DNA of 64,000 nt from contig OY970176.1 in assembly GCA_963707955.1 (NCBI GenBank), forward strand, positions 2,080,001-2,144,000, written 5' to 3'. The stretch is from Candidatus Bathyarchaeota archaeon. GTDB taxonomy: Archaea; Thermoproteota; Bathyarchaeia; Bathyarchaeales; Bathycorpusculaceae. Shown here in pieces: positions 63,862-64,000 of the stretch. The notes under the pieces were generated by a model. The model was not told where the DNA came from. It made no database searches and was given only the letters and a program-made list of their open reading frames with translations. The translations under genes were made by a program, and so were the position numbers. The first letter of the stretch is position 1. Each line of letters starts with the position of its first letter.

Positions 63862-64000
63862 GTGCCTGCTGAAATCGTTGATGCCGAACGATTCGTCGCG
63901 ATAAGCGAGCGTGCACACTATTGTGCCGTCAAGAGACTGAAAGAGGTTGTGAAGCTGAAGCTTCGCACGCCGGGCAGGCTTTACACTTTGAAAGTTGAGC
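63862..64000 (+). CDS. rpl38e: Ribosomal protein eL38 (3' partial, not in the ORF track)
   Basis: MPAEIVDAERFVAISERAHYCAVKRLKEVVKLKLRTPGRLYTLKVE matches eL38 MP..I....F...VK.K.R....LYTL. Confidence 0.85.
   Translation, partial: MPAEIVDAERFVAISERAHYCAVKRLKEVVKLKLRTPGRLYTLKVE

Overview
Archaeal genomic window, most likely Bathyarchaeia (inferred from intron-containing tRNAs, ribosomal protein eL38, an EF-2 paralog lacking the diphthamide His, and dockerin-tipped secreted proteins). 1-7 kb is a defence/mobile island: RusA, a nuclease with a DUF5655-like domain, a tandem-fused N4-C methyltransferase and two putative nuclease subunits. 7-21 kb is housekeeping: redox genes, class II RNR, and a methylmalonyl-CoA epimerase/transcarboxylase-like/mutase cluster. 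An apparently exact 5,984-bp tandem duplication spans 17,006-28,976. It is followed by a dockerin-bearing surface protein and a transposase-less IS6-like element (36,195-37,633; 16-bp TIRs, 8-bp TSD) carrying a methyltransferase. The most notable locus is a candidate polymorphic-toxin-like system at 39-48 kb: a giant secreted dockerin protein with a hydrophobic C-terminal tip and a downstream membrane gene, then two orphan cassettes that repeat the pre-tip region with different tips. After tRNA-Ile2, OGG, EF-2p, mgsA and a PKD/cohesin/dockerin protein comes an AT-rich island of small unrelated genes between tRNA-Ser and tRNA-Val, separated by recurring att-like sites. The window ends with a dapA-family gene and a partial eL38. 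All protein calls come from motif recognition by eye; no database searches were run.
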